DNA of 64,000 bases, taken from IMG/VR virus record IMGVR_UViG_3300037502_002220, positions 32,001 to 96,000 of that record. One strand, written 5' to 3'. Source of the stretch: a virus. Made by a program: the position numbers and the translations under genes. Position 1 is the first letter of the stretch; each line of letters starts with the position of its first letter. A model generated the notes under the pieces. The model saw only the letters and a list, made by a program, of their open reading frames with translations. It made no database searches and was not told the origin of the DNA. This document shows positions 62,915 to 64,000 of this stretch, piece by piece.

Positions 62915-63526
62915 TTATATCTTTTTAATCCAAATGAACCATTCTTTGTGTAGGCTTGGAATAAATATTTTAGTTACAAAATAAGGATCTTTATCTAACA
63001 CCCAGGTGTCAGTATACTTGTTAGTAAGAATTAGTTGGTTATCGATAGTATTTAAGTTCCACTGATGAAAGCCTTCGTAGTTTTCATAACTACCTTCGTT
63101 AGCAAAACTTTGTACGATAAGATAACCATTTACATTTACACAAGCACACAAGTTGTTATATGCTTTTTGTACATCTTGACAGTGATCTAATGCATTTGAA
63201 ATATGTACGATATTAAACTTAGTATTTAAGTCTAATGATTCTGCAGACTTAGCTATAGGTGGATTAATTCTATAGCCATTATAGTTAAAAAACTTAGCGT
63301 ATTCATCTGCAAGTGGATCGCAGGCTACAAGTTTATCTGAATCTATTGTACCGTGTAATAATGATACTACACCACTACCTACATCTAAAACTGAAGAAGA
63401 ACGGTGATTTAGTAAAAACCCATAGACAATATCGTTTAGTTCTGGTGTTTTACTACTACTTAACCAACCGTCTAGGAATCTGTTAGTAGTTACAAAATGT
63501 TTCCAGAAGTCTATTTCATGTTGCAT
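62915..63526 (-). CDS. Class I SAM-dependent methyltransferase
   Basis: VLDVGSG, ACDPL, ISNALDH, GYLIV. Confidence 0.85.
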   Translation of the reverse strand: MQHEIDFWKHFVTTNRFLDGWLSSSKTPELNDIVYGFLLNHRSSSVLDVGSGVVSLLHGTIDSDKLVACDPLADEYAKFFNYNGYRINPPIAKSAESLDLNTKFNIVHISNALDHCQDVQKAYNNLCACVNVNGYLIVQSFANEGSYENYEGFHQWNLNTIDNQLILTNKYTDTWVLDKDPYFVTKIFIPSLHKEWFIWIKKI

Positions 63527-63975
63527 TATATCTTCAGTTTGTATTCTAGTATTAGTTCTTCTACAATACCGTCGCCACCTTTAGTTTCTAAACGATGTAC
63601 TTCTAAGTGGTCGTATTCATCAAATAGTATACTACCGTCTAAAGGTGTACACGGGTATTCACTCTGTAATAAAGCTTCTTTATCTAAGAAGTAATCATCT
63701 GCACACATTAAGGTACTATTCCAATCTACATCTATTTTATGTTTTGTTTTAGTGTAGATATATTCAACACCTACTTTCTCGGCCCAAGCTCTAGTACCTA
63801 ACCATTCATCTGCTGTACAAATAACTATTCTGTAGTAATCAGATAATCTACGTAGTGCACTAATATCTCTACAGTTAAATGTTTTAAACTGTTTAGAACC
63901 ATTTACATCTATATTCTGATGTGCTGGAGTTAGTACACCGTCACAGTCAAGTACTATGGTAGTAATGTTATTCAT
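63526..63975 (-). CDS. KdsC-like HAD phosphatase
   Basis: LDCDGVLT...KTFNCRD...DDYFLD...KGGDGIV. Confidence 0.85.
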   Translation of the reverse strand: MNNITTIVLDCDGVLTPAHQNIDVNGSKQFKTFNCRDISALRRLSDYYRIVICTADEWLGTRAWAEKVGVEYIYTKTKHKIDVDWNSTLMCADDYFLDKEALLQSEYPCTPLDGSILFDEYDHLEVHRLETKGGDGIVEELILEYKLKI

Positions 63976-64000
63976 TGTCTTTTACTTTTTCGTTGTCTTC

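Overview
Fragment of a crAss-like (Crassvirales-type) phage genome of a Bacteroidota host, standard genetic code, AT-rich, with no Shine-Dalgarno sites evident. 1-23.6 kb (+ strand) is the virion cargo module: giant ejected proteins, the single-chain virion RNA polymerase (DFDID motif, N-terminal zincin), a polyvalent ADP-ribosyltransferase/metallopeptidase protein, a ferritin and a PD-(D/E)XK cargo protein. 23.7-43.3 kb (- strand) holds replication and nucleotide genes: PolB, SF2 and SF4 helicases, primase, AAA_24 ATPase, intein-split ThyX, a divergent UDG, resolvase, MazG-like, glycosyltransferase, SleB-like hydrolase and an AAA+ ATPase. 49-62 kb (- strand) carries small early-type genes, structured intergenic elements, a shrunken tRNA-like RNA and an iteron-like repeat region. 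The main result is at 43,339-49,080. The ORF track is almost empty there, but hand translation of the - strand gives a near gap-free chain of 50 translationally coupled micro-ORFs (28-49 aa). Most share a hydrophobic N-terminal strand, a hypervariable centre and a C-terminal [FY]-x-[ILV]-x-[LIV]-K motif, and the chain ends directly upstream of the AAA+ ATPase. A second notable pattern is that the cargo proteins appear Cys-free except at their termini, consistent with head-to-tail linkage. All micro-ORFs and RNA structures were read by eye, and no database searches were run.
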